A stretch of 64,000 nucleotides of DNA from an uncultured Porphyromonadaceae bacterium (GTDB lineage Bacteria > Bacteroidota > Bacteroidia > Bacteroidales > Muribaculaceae): the NCBI GenBank assembly GCA_902489275.1, contig CABTZK010000003.1:52283-116282 (forward strand), given 5' to 3'. Made by a program: the position numbers and the translations under genes. Positions 37,101 to 45,844 of this stretch are shown here, piece after piece (position 1 is the stretch's first letter; every line of letters begins with the position of its first letter). The notes under the pieces are model-generated. The model worked only from the letters and a program-made list of their open reading frames with translations, had not been told where the DNA came from and searched no databases.

Positions 37101-38405
37101 ATGCGCTCGCTATACGACACAGTTAAAAGCAAGATAAGCACTTCCGACATCGCTCACCGCATGTTCAACGGCGCGTCGTGGCTTGTGATTGGGCTGGCAA
37201 TATCTAAAGTGCTGGTTTTGCTGGGGGGAATCTTGTGTGCTCACATTTTGGGAAAAGAGCAGTATGGGCAATTTGGCATGGTGAAATCCACGATTGGGAT
37301 GTTTTTGGTGATTGGCGGAGCCGGATTAGGGGTGACGGCCACTAAATTCATCGCCGAGTTTCGTGATAGGGATAAGTCGCATGTGTCCTCGGTGTACATA
37401 TTGTCGACGTTGTTCTCTTTATTTTTAGCTTTTCTTATCGCTGTGCTGGTGTTTTTGTTTTCCAATGAGATTTCAATCCAATTCCTGCGCACGGCCAGTC
37501 TTGTCAGTGCTTTGAAGATGGGTGCTGTGATTCTGCTTTTCACCATTATCAATGTGGTGCAGAGCGGTGTGCTGTCGGGATTCGAGGACTTTAAGACCAT
37601 TTCAATCAACACATTGATAGGTAGCCTTGTCGAGGCGGCTGGAATGGTTGCAGGTGCTCACTTTTATGGTATCAACGGCGCTGTAATAGGTTATGGGATT
37701 GGATTTGTGCTCATTGCGCTGCTCAACCATATTTCCATACAGCGCATATTCCGGTTCAGAGAGATTAGCACGTCGTTGTCCTTAGTCAGGCGCGAGGATA
37801 TTAAAATCTTGTATAATTTCACCTTGCCTGCGGCGGTTTCCACCTTGCTGGCGGGTCCCACATTTTGGGTTATCCGCACTATTATCGTGAAATATTGTGA
37901 CTATGGAGAGCTGGCCATTTACGATGTAGGCGACCAGTGGAAAATCTTTATCTTGTTTGTCCCGAGCACGCTGACCCAGATTCTTTTACCCATTTTGTCA
38001 AGCATCAACAAGGATGACTCCAATAAGTTTTGGAAAGTGTTGAATGTCAATCTCTTGATGAATGCGTCAGCAGCGTTTGCAATTGCTGTTGTGGTGTGTT
38101 TAGTCAGCAATGTGATCATGGGCATGTACGGCAAGGGGTTTGACGATCCTGTCCCCTTGATGTTGCTAGCCTTTTCAACCGTTTTCACGTCTACGTCGGT
38201 CGTGCTGGGGAATTCCATCACAAGCATTGGCAAAATATGGGTCTTGTGCGCCTTCAACATCATCTGGTCAGGTGTGGCCATTCTGCTTTCCTACGTGTTT
38301 GTCAGGTGTGGCTTGAAGTCTTCGGGTGTGGCGTTGGCGTTGTTGATTGCTTATATCGAAAATACAATTGTACAATATATTTATTTAAAGTATGTCAAGA
38401 AGTAG
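37101..38405 (+). CDS. wzx: Oligosaccharide flippase (MOP/PST family, Wzx)
   Basis: 434 aa, about 12-14 TMs, with the typical PST N-terminus ...NGASWLVIGLAISKVLVLLGGIL. Confidence 0.7.
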   Translation: MRSLYDTVKSKISTSDIAHRMFNGASWLVIGLAISKVLVLLGGILCAHILGKEQYGQFGMVKSTIGMFLVIGGAGLGVTATKFIAEFRDRDKSHVSSVYILSTLFSLFLAFLIAVLVFLFSNEISIQFLRTASLVSALKMGAVILLFTIINVVQSGVLSGFEDFKTISINTLIGSLVEAAGMVAGAHFYGINGAVIGYGIGFVLIALLNHISIQRIFRFREISTSLSLVRREDIKILYNFTLPAAVSTLLAGPTFWVIRTIIVKYCDYGELAIYDVGDQWKIFILFVPSTLTQILLPILSSINKDDSNKFWKVLNVNLLMNASAAFAIAVVVCLVSNVIMGMYGKGFDDPVPLMLLAFSTVFTSTSVVLGNSITSIGKIWVLCAFNIIWSGVAILLSYVFVRCGLKSSGVALALLIAYIENTIVQYIYLKYVKK

Positions 38406-38449
38406 CATGAGCCTCCAGTCGTTTCTCCATCTTAATAGGGTGATGCGTT

Positions 38450-39205
38450 ATGCCTGATATTCCAAAAGTCATCCATTACTGCTGGTTTGGCCGAAAGCCA
38501 TTGCCGCCGTTGGCGTTGCGTTGCATTGCCTCATGGAGAAAGCACATGCCCGATCACGAGATCAAGGAATGGAACGAGGACAACTTCGATGTCAACATGA
38601 TTCCGTACACCCGTCAGGCTTACGCTGCCCGAAAATATGCTTTCGTGAGCGACGTTGCCCGATTTTGGATTCTATATCACTATGGCGGTGTGTATTTTGA
38701 TACCGATGTCGAGGTGCTGAAGCCATTAACTCCGCTGCTGGATAGAGGGCCGTTTATGGGTGTTGAGAATATGGTGAGTTTATCAACCGATCAGCTTAAG
38801 GTTGCACCAGGATTAGGCATGGCCTGTGAGGCGGGAATGCCCGTAATCCGGCAATTCATGGAAATGTACAACAACCTTGAATTCTCTATGCAGGAAAATG
38901 GCAAATTTATGACTGTGGTTGATTTCGTGTCAAGGTCGCTGAATCGCGTAGGGCTAAAACATGTCAACGAGGTACAGCAAGTGGCGGGCATGACCATCTA
39001 TCCTGCCGACTATTTCGCTGCGCGGAAAACTGCGGTTTGCAACATACCCCGCACCGAAAATTCTTATACCGTGCATCATTATGCCGGAAGCTGGTATCCC
39101 TGGCACATCAAATTGAAGTTGAAGATTGCGCGACTTCTGGGCACCAGCCTTTCTAAAATAGTGGTGAGCCTGAAGCGAGAGGTCTTGCGGGGCCCCAAGT
39201 CCTGA
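38450..39205 (+). CDS. GT32-like glycosyltransferase (DXD sugar-binding region)
   Basis: IPKVIHYCWFG...W..H.P...I.EWNE...ARKYAFVSDVARFWILYHYGGVYFDTDVEV (DTD motif). Confidence 0.6.
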   Translation: MPDIPKVIHYCWFGRKPLPPLALRCIASWRKHMPDHEIKEWNEDNFDVNMIPYTRQAYAARKYAFVSDVARFWILYHYGGVYFDTDVEVLKPLTPLLDRGPFMGVENMVSLSTDQLKVAPGLGMACEAGMPVIRQFMEMYNNLEFSMQENGKFMTVVDFVSRSLNRVGLKHVNEVQQVAGMTIYPADYFAARKTAVCNIPRTENSYTVHHYAGSWYPWHIKLKLKIARLLGTSLSKIVVSLKREVLRGPKS

Positions 39206-39221
39206 AAAATCAAATTTTGTA

Positions 39222-40574
39222 ATGGATATTTTAAAGCGCTGGCAAACAAAGAGCTTTTTCGGATACGCATTGCTGCTCTATGTGGTTGTCTTTTTCTTTG
39301 TCTCTATCACTCAGCAGGGGAAGATTCCCCCCATTTCCATTGTCACGGTTCAGTTCCTTGGCGCTGTTCTCGTGTATTTCTGTTCGCTCGTTTATTCCAA
39401 CCGCTCAATCAGCACCACCCTGTTCATCATCTTCCTTTTTCAGCTGTCGGCCGGTTTCGGGTTGAGATATTTCAATGTGGAGTACTTTGGTGACCCGTTG
39501 GGCTACAAGCCCATGGACTCGCTCTTTTACCATCGGTTTGCCAGCCACACGGGACTGTCATTCTCCAGCTTCATCAACTATTTGTTCTCTCATAACGTGA
39601 TGATGGATGATATGGGACAGAATATCATCGAGTTTCTGGTCTATCAGGCGGCAGGTTCTCCAGAGGCCGGGATGAGCTGGCTGGTTTTTGTCAATTCCGT
39701 GGCCATTACGCTCACTTGTTATTTTGTCTATCGAACCGCCATGAGGTTTTTTGAGCAGAAGGTGGCCATGTTCATGGCCTTTTTCTGGGGAATGGAGCTG
39801 TTTGCCGTCTACGTCTCGGCTGCAGGCTTGAAAGAGAACTTCATGGTGATGTTTATTGTGATCGCGTTGTTCTATACGGTCAAACTAAATGAGCAATTCA
39901 CCCTGAAAGACTTCTTCCTGTCCCTGTTGTTTGCAAGCGCGGCTTTGTTGTTCCGCTTGCCCGTGTTCTACATGTTGGTAGCCTGCATCCTGTTCGTCAT
40001 TGCTTTGAGGCTTCCCTTGGTCAAGCGTTACTTTTATGTGTTTATGCTGGTGATGTTAGGAGTAGCGACGATATATTACTATCAAACGATCGACGAGATT
40101 GCGCTCCAGCGAGGATACAGTTATGACATTTTGCAAGAACTTGCGAGAAGTAAGAGCCGGGGCATCTCCTCCAGCATGATGTTTCTAACCAATACGCTTG
40201 CGGCTTTTTTCGGCCCATTCCCCACAATGCTCACCGACGATAGCATGAAAGTGAATTATATCACCCTCTACAGTTTCTCCTCGTTTTGCAAGTTGATATA
40301 TTCGTTTTTCTTTGCCTATGGGTTGTATGGCATCATTCGATTCAAGAAGTTTGACTTGGTTCCCATGGTGCTATTTTGGGCGTTAGACACCTTCATGCTG
40401 CTCTTCACGCTGTTCGCCTTGCATGACCGCTACCAGTGGCCCCACATGCCATTCACGCTCATTATTGCAGGCTATGGTGTAGTGGCATGGTACGAGAACC
40501 GGCACGTGCTCAATTGGAAAAGGATGTATGTCTATTTTGCGTTATCCATGATTGTAGTCTACAATTTTCGATAA
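39222..40574 (+). CDS. Unclassified polytopic membrane protein (second polymerase/GT-C-like candidate)
   Basis: 450 aa with about 11-12 hydrophobic helices. I recognise no family motif. Confidence 0.35.
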   Translation: MDILKRWQTKSFFGYALLLYVVVFFFVSITQQGKIPPISIVTVQFLGAVLVYFCSLVYSNRSISTTLFIIFLFQLSAGFGLRYFNVEYFGDPLGYKPMDSLFYHRFASHTGLSFSSFINYLFSHNVMMDDMGQNIIEFLVYQAAGSPEAGMSWLVFVNSVAITLTCYFVYRTAMRFFEQKVAMFMAFFWGMELFAVYVSAAGLKENFMVMFIVIALFYTVKLNEQFTLKDFFLSLLFASAALLFRLPVFYMLVACILFVIALRLPLVKRYFYVFMLVMLGVATIYYYQTIDEIALQRGYSYDILQELARSKSRGISSSMMFLTNTLAAFFGPFPTMLTDDSMKVNYITLYSFSSFCKLIYSFFFAYGLYGIIRFKKFDLVPMVLFWALDTFMLLFTLFALHDRYQWPHMPFTLIIAGYGVVAWYENRHVLNWKRMYVYFALSMIVVYNFR

Positions 40575-40648
40575 CGTGCCTATGAAAAAAATGCTTGAAA
40601 AGTGAAAGCATGCTACCCATATAGAGAATACAGAGAGTTAGAGCTGCT

Positions 40649-41719
40649 ATGGTAAATAGGAATATATCAAAAAAAGTCATCTCGGTAGGGCCCGATTTCA
40701 ACCCGCCGCTGGGAGGAATCGCCCAGGTTCTTTCCTACTACAATAGTGATGTGTTCGATGAGTTCAATGTCATCGTCAACTCTTGTCCGGGTAGCAAGTT
40801 AAGAAAACTTTACTGCGCCTTGTCGGCATTTTGGCTGTTGTTCTGGAAGTTGCTCGCCAGCAGCGACCTTTCGATTGTCCACATCCACACTGCGTCAAAT
40901 GTGAGCTTTCGGCGTTCGGTGCTGTTCATGAAATTGGCTAAATTGATGCGACGCCAAGTGATTATGCACATTCATGCAGGCTCGTTTAAGACCTATTATG
41001 AGGCAAATCGGGACTTTGTGAAGTCTAACCTCATGAAATGTGATCGCATTCTGGCCTTGTCGCCCGTTTGGAAAGCGTTTTTTACCCAGGAAATAGGACT
41101 CAAGCACGTCGATGTGATAAGCAATCTTGTTCCATTCCCCACTTTAGAGCGCATCAAGACCGACCCACAGAAAAAGATTGAGGCGTTATTCCTCGGGACG
41201 ATCAAAGAGGAAAAGGGGATTTTCGACTTGCTCGACGTGCTTGCTGCGCATCGTGAGCAACTGCAAGGCCATTTCTTGCTGCACGTGTGTGGCGATGGCG
41301 AGGTCGACCGTTTCTTGCGGCAAGTCAAGGACAATCGTCTCGAAGACATTGTTACTTTTGAGGGTTGGGTTATTCAAGAGCAAAAGGTGAGGTTGCTCAA
41401 CCAATGCAATCTGCAAATTCTCCCTTCCTATATCGAGGGTGTGCCGATTTGCCTGCTCGAGGCCATGTCCTATGGCCAGTCGATTATTTCAACCCGAATC
41501 GGGGGCATCCCTTCCATTGTGGAAGACCAGGTGAATGGCATTCTCATCGATCCTGGCGATAAGGAAGCGCTGTGGAATGCGATAGAGCAGCATTTGAGCC
41601 ATCGGGAGCTGCTGGGCAAGTTTGCCACGAAGTCACAGCAAGTCGTCAAAAATTATTATCCCGATTGTGTAGCCCAGCAGTTGGAAAGTGTCTATAAGCA
41701 ACTCTTAGCCAAGCAATGA
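40649..41719 (+). CDS. GT4-family (GT-B) glycosyltransferase
   Basis: C-terminal E-x7-E region: EGVPICLLEAMSYGQSIISTRIGGIPSIVEDQVNG. Confidence 0.8.
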   Translation: MVNRNISKKVISVGPDFNPPLGGIAQVLSYYNSDVFDEFNVIVNSCPGSKLRKLYCALSAFWLLFWKLLASSDLSIVHIHTASNVSFRRSVLFMKLAKLMRRQVIMHIHAGSFKTYYEANRDFVKSNLMKCDRILALSPVWKAFFTQEIGLKHVDVISNLVPFPTLERIKTDPQKKIEALFLGTIKEEKGIFDLLDVLAAHREQLQGHFLLHVCGDGEVDRFLRQVKDNRLEDIVTFEGWVIQEQKVRLLNQCNLQILPSYIEGVPICLLEAMSYGQSIISTRIGGIPSIVEDQVNGILIDPGDKEALWNAIEQHLSHRELLGKFATKSQQVVKNYYPDCVAQQLESVYKQLLAKQ

Positions 41720-42831
41720 GCATGAAACACTTGGAACGCGTGGCATCGACAGCCCTTTGCCTGTTGCTCGCTTTGAGCACAAGCTCAGCAGGCATCCCGG
41801 CCGATGTGGGCCATTATGGAACAAACAATACTGTTCCCGATATAGCCTTGATTTATTGCGGGGGCGAGAACCGCCTGCCGTGGACCAAAGAGCAGTTTGT
41901 GCCCTACGTGACCCACCGATTCCAGGACGGCCATGTGGAGTGGTTGTTTCAAGGATTCCTGATGATTGAGTTTAAGATCAATGGCAGGCTGCTGTATGCC
42001 TATCACAAGTCGTCACAGGAGATTTCCAAAAAACAAGATTGGCAACGGCTCATCGATAAAACTTTCCAGCCAGCTCGTGCGCTCCATGCGCTTGATGACT
42101 GCATCGAGGAGCAAAAGAGGATTTTAGGGAATCCACCTTTCCGCCACAAGGTCGTCATCACGCTGCCCACACCTGCTATTGGGCAAGGGGGCTGGGGAAG
42201 ACTTAGCGGCAGGAAGTTGAATTTCAAGAGCCTAAATGACAGGTCACGTTCCCAAAAGTGGTATATTGACCAAGTGATTGCACAATTCAAGAGATGCCAT
42301 TTTAGAAACATTGACTTAGAGGGATTCTATTGGGTTGACGAGAATGTGGTTGACAACGAGGCACTCACTACTCAAATCTCAAAATATCTGCACGACAAGC
42401 GGCTCAAACTCTACTGGATTCCCTATTTCACATCGCCCGCGCTGTGGAAAGGGAGCAAAAAAGGATTTGATTACATTTATGTACAGACGAATTATTTCCT
42501 GCGCCCCAATATGGACTTGACCCGATTTGAGCACATTTGCGACATGGTAAAGAAATATGGCTGGGGATTGGAAGTTGAGTTTGACAACAAGTTGTTCTAT
42601 AACCCAAAGTTATATATTAACCGCCTTAAGACGCACATTGACATGTTCGAGAGGAAAAAGGTTTTTGACCAGGCTGCGCTTTCCTACTATGACGGCGGCG
42701 GTATCTTGTGGGAATTGTACACTGGCCATTGCCGGTACAATCCCGATCGACAGTCGGTTGAGAAAATTCAAAAGTTGATTGACCGGTTGGCTAAACACGT
42801 TGTCGAGAGGTACAAGATGCGACGTCACTAA
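41716..42831 (+). CDS. Secreted DUF4855-like protein, function unknown
   Basis: Signal peptide MSMKHLERVASTALCLLLALSTSSA. 371 aa with LEGFYW and LYWIPYF motifs that I associate with DUF4855. ATGA overlap with the GT4 gene. Confidence 0.35.
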   Translation: MSMKHLERVASTALCLLLALSTSSAGIPADVGHYGTNNTVPDIALIYCGGENRLPWTKEQFVPYVTHRFQDGHVEWLFQGFLMIEFKINGRLLYAYHKSSQEISKKQDWQRLIDKTFQPARALHALDDCIEEQKRILGNPPFRHKVVITLPTPAIGQGGWGRLSGRKLNFKSLNDRSRSQKWYIDQVIAQFKRCHFRNIDLEGFYWVDENVVDNEALTTQISKYLHDKRLKLYWIPYFTSPALWKGSKKGFDYIYVQTNYFLRPNMDLTRFEHICDMVKKYGWGLEVEFDNKLFYNPKLYINRLKTHIDMFERKKVFDQAALSYYDGGGILWELYTGHCRYNPDRQSVEKIQKLIDRLAKHVVERYKMRRH

Positions 42832-42837
42832 TGTGTT

Positions 42838-43410
42838 GTGTCTAAGGCCAGTAATTTAATTGTGAACATGATGAACCCCTTCCGGTTATTTTGCCTGTTG
42901 GCCTATTACGCTTTTGCGCGTTATCTTCCGCCCAGTTATGTCCCGTTGCTTGGCAAGCCCTCGAAGTGGCTGCGCTACCACATCTGCAAGCACATCTTCA
43001 TGAAGTGTGGCAAGAATGTGAATGTAGAGCGCATGGCCTATTTCTCGTCGGGTTGCCATCTTGTTATTGGCGACAACTCAGGTATAGGTGTGCATGCCCA
43101 TCTCCCCAGCGACATCGTCATCGGCAGCGATGTGATGATGGCACCCAATTGCTACGTTTTTGCAGCCAATCATCGATTCGACAAGACCGATATCCCCATG
43201 AGCCAGCAGGGCAATAGCCCGCGCCGGGTCACGGTGATTGAAGATGACGTTTGGATTGGACGCAATGTGATGATGACGCCTGGGCGGCACATTGCCAGAG
43301 GGACAATTGTTGCGGCAGGCTGTGTCCTGACTAAGGATTTTCCGCCTTACTCCATTGTGGGCGGTAATCCCTCAAAATTCATCAGGACGCGCCAACGTCG
43401 CCAGCAATAG
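42838..43410 (+). CDS. Left-handed beta-helix O-acetyltransferase
   Basis: Hexapeptide repeats (IGDNSGIGVHAHL.. IGSDVMM .. IEDDVWIGRNVMM). GTG start at 42838, or ATG at 42868. Confidence 0.75.
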   Translation: MSKASNLIVNMMNPFRLFCLLAYYAFARYLPPSYVPLLGKPSKWLRYHICKHIFMKCGKNVNVERMAYFSSGCHLVIGDNSGIGVHAHLPSDIVIGSDVMMAPNCYVFAANHRFDKTDIPMSQQGNSPRRVTVIEDDVWIGRNVMMTPGRHIARGTIVAAGCVLTKDFPPYSIVGGNPSKFIRTRQRRQQ

Positions 43411-43429
43411 CAGTTAAAATAGGTTACTC

Positions 43430-44161
43430 ATGGAAAATATCAAGAAAATAGCGCTCAATGGGGTAGAGGTTTACCCTTTCTCCTCGTTCGGCCAGATTAT
43501 TGATTTTATCGATGCTAAGAAAGGGATTCTTGTGGCCATTAATGCCGAGAAAATCCTCCATGCGACTCCAGCGACCCGCGCGTTGATCAACCGCAATATT
43601 GGCTATTGCGACGGCATGGGAGCCATGAAGGCGCTGCGCCAGCATGGCTGTGCCGATGCCGTGAAATTGCCAGGGTGCGAGCTGTGGCTCAACATCGTTG
43701 AGCGATTTCACAAAGAGAAATCGTTCTATTTGCTGGGCAGCAAGCAAGAGGTTGTTGAGGCTACGGTCCGAAAACTTAAAAAGGACTATCCTGGCGTTCA
43801 AGTGGCGGGCTACCACGATGGCTATCTCACGACTTCCTCGATGCGCCAGCAAGTCATCGACGAGATTGTGGCCCTGAAGCCCGACGTGGTCTTTGTGGCC
43901 ATGGGCTCTCCCAAGCAGGAACTCCTCATGGAGGAGTTGCAAAAGCGCCACCCGGCCATCTACCAGGGGCTCGGGGGCAGTTTCGATGTCTACACCGGTC
44001 ACGTGCAGCGCGCTCCTCGCTGGTGGGTCGATCACAACCTGGAGTTTGCCTATCGCCTCATCAAGGAGCCCAAGCGCCTCAGGCGGCAGGTGCATCTTGT
44101 CAAGTTTGAGTGGTGGCTGTTGACAGGCAAGTTCAAAGGGAACGCCGATGAGCCGTTTTGA
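43430..44161 (+). CDS. WecG/TagA/CpsF-family (GT26) glycosyltransferase
   Basis: VAINAEKIL, FYLLGSKQEVVE, and PDVVFVAMGSPKQE motifs. Confidence 0.8.
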   Translation: MENIKKIALNGVEVYPFSSFGQIIDFIDAKKGILVAINAEKILHATPATRALINRNIGYCDGMGAMKALRQHGCADAVKLPGCELWLNIVERFHKEKSFYLLGSKQEVVEATVRKLKKDYPGVQVAGYHDGYLTTSSMRQQVIDEIVALKPDVVFVAMGSPKQELLMEELQKRHPAIYQGLGGSFDVYTGHVQRAPRWWVDHNLEFAYRLIKEPKRLRRQVHLVKFEWWLLTGKFKGNADEPF

Positions 44162-44204
44162 GCGTTTCCTTGCATAGCATACATATTCATTAAAAATCAT
44201 CATC

Positions 44205-45341
44205 ATGACTAAGAAATTTTTTTTAATCCTGCTGTTGGTCGCGTGCTCAACCAGTGCCTGGCCCTGCACTTCGGCCATTGTGTCGGGTCGCTTGACCGCC
44301 AATGGCCGCCCATTGTTGTGGAAGCACCGCGACACCGACGAACTGAACAATCGGGTGAAGGCTTTCCCGGCACGCGATGGCCATTATGCGTTTGTGGGAC
44401 TCTTGGATGCCACTGATTTCAACGACACTGCCGTGTGGATGGGCTATAACGAGAAAGGTTTTGCTATCATGAATACCGCTTCCTATAATCTTGACAACGA
44501 TCCGTCGGTGAAAGTGATGGACCACGAGGGAGAATTGATGCGCCTCGCACTGCAAAGCTGTGCCACGGTCGATGAGTTTGAGGCATTTCTCCACCAGCTC
44601 CCCAAGCCCATGAGGGTGCAAGCCAACTTTGGCGTGATTGACGCTCTGGGCTGTGGGGCTTACTTTGAAGTGGGCAACTGGAATTGGGAGAAATATGACC
44701 TCAAAGATGCCCCAGAGGGTATCCTCTATCGCACCAACTACTCCCACCATGGCGCTGTGGACCAGGGGATGGGCTACATTCGCGAGGAGACCGAGAAAAC
44801 CCTGCTGGCTCCTCATGTCGCTGCTGCCAATATCACGCCAGCTGTGTTCACCGAGGAATTGTCAAAAACGTTCTATCACAGTTTGCTACGCAAGGATTTC
44901 ACTTGCGACACAACGGTTACCTGGCTCGTTGAGCAGGACTTCATTTCGCGTTACTGCTCTTCGGCCACGACGGTGATTGAGGGCGTGCTGCCTGGCGAGA
45001 ACCCTCTGCTCACGACCATGTGGATAGGGCTGGGCTATCCGCCCTGTGCCGAGACGTTCCCCGTGTGGCTTTGGGAAGGCGGCATCCCCGAGTGCCTGCA
45101 AGGCGCGGGCAAGGACAATCATGCTCCACAATGCGATGTGGTGATGCAGCGCAAGGATAGCGTGTTCAGCATTCGCCGGGGCAACGGACAGCGTTACTTC
45201 AACAAGTCGAGGCTCTACAATGCCCAGGGCACGGGCTATTGCCAGCTCCTCATCCCCAAGAACATGGAAACCTACCGCAAGGGCTATGAGGAGATTGAGC
45301 GCCACCGCAAAATGGTGAGTCATCCTGGCAAGAGAAAGTGA
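44205..45341 (+). CDS. Secreted Ntn-type cysteine hydrolase (C45/C69/choloylglycine-hydrolase-like)
   Basis: Signal peptide followed by the candidate nucleophile Cys in AWP-CTSAIVSG. 378 aa. The exact family was not resolved. Confidence 0.45.
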   Translation: MTKKFFLILLLVACSTSAWPCTSAIVSGRLTANGRPLLWKHRDTDELNNRVKAFPARDGHYAFVGLLDATDFNDTAVWMGYNEKGFAIMNTASYNLDNDPSVKVMDHEGELMRLALQSCATVDEFEAFLHQLPKPMRVQANFGVIDALGCGAYFEVGNWNWEKYDLKDAPEGILYRTNYSHHGAVDQGMGYIREETEKTLLAPHVAAANITPAVFTEELSKTFYHSLLRKDFTCDTTVTWLVEQDFISRYCSSATTVIEGVLPGENPLLTTMWIGLGYPPCAETFPVWLWEGGIPECLQGAGKDNHAPQCDVVMQRKDSVFSIRRGNGQRYFNKSRLYNAQGTGYCQLLIPKNMETYRKGYEEIERHRKMVSHPGKRK

Positions 45342-45826
45342 CGTTTCGTTGCCATCTTTCGGCGAGCGACTATGCCAAGATTGTGTTTGCCAATTTCCTG
45401 GCTGCCAATTGGCTGTGGTTTGTCTTGCCGCTGTTGTTCCTGATTGGGCTTGCGACGGTCGATGCCCGTTTCCTGCTCGTTGCCGCCATGGCGCTCATGG
45501 CGGCAGTGCCCATGGTGATGGCTATCGTTTTCTTTAACTATATGCTCACGGTCGAAACCCGCTACTCGATTGCAGACAAGGAGGTTCAGGTGAGCGAGCA
45601 AGGCATCGCGCTCACTTTCGCCGACGCGAAAATGCAGCCCCGCTTGCTCCCGTGGACCGACTTCAAGGCCGCTTACAGGAAAGGTGCCTGCATCTTGCTC
45701 GTCATGCGCGTGCGCCGGTACCAATATTTCGCAATCCCCCTGCACGCTGTGCCCGATCAAGAGAAATTGACCGATTTGATCGCAAAACAACTGAGCCAAA
45801 CGCCCAAGGGAAGCCTCTCCCAGTGA
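45338..45826 (+). CDS. YcxB-like membrane protein
   Basis: Two TMs followed by a PH-like C-terminal region. GTGA overlap with the upstream stop. Confidence 0.4.
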   Translation: MTFRCHLSASDYAKIVFANFLAANWLWFVLPLLFLIGLATVDARFLLVAAMALMAAVPMVMAIVFFNYMLTVETRYSIADKEVQVSEQGIALTFADAKMQPRLLPWTDFKAAYRKGACILLVMRVRRYQYFAIPLHAVPDQEKLTDLIAKQLSQTPKGSLSQ

Positions 45827-45844
45827 AATTTCATTGGCGCAAGA

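Noticed and set aside
40582-40605. 7-codon mini-ORF MKKMLEK in the 74-nt gap before the GT4 gene
   Set aside because: It is too short to support, and I have no evidence for a leader-peptide mechanism. It is probably fortuitous.
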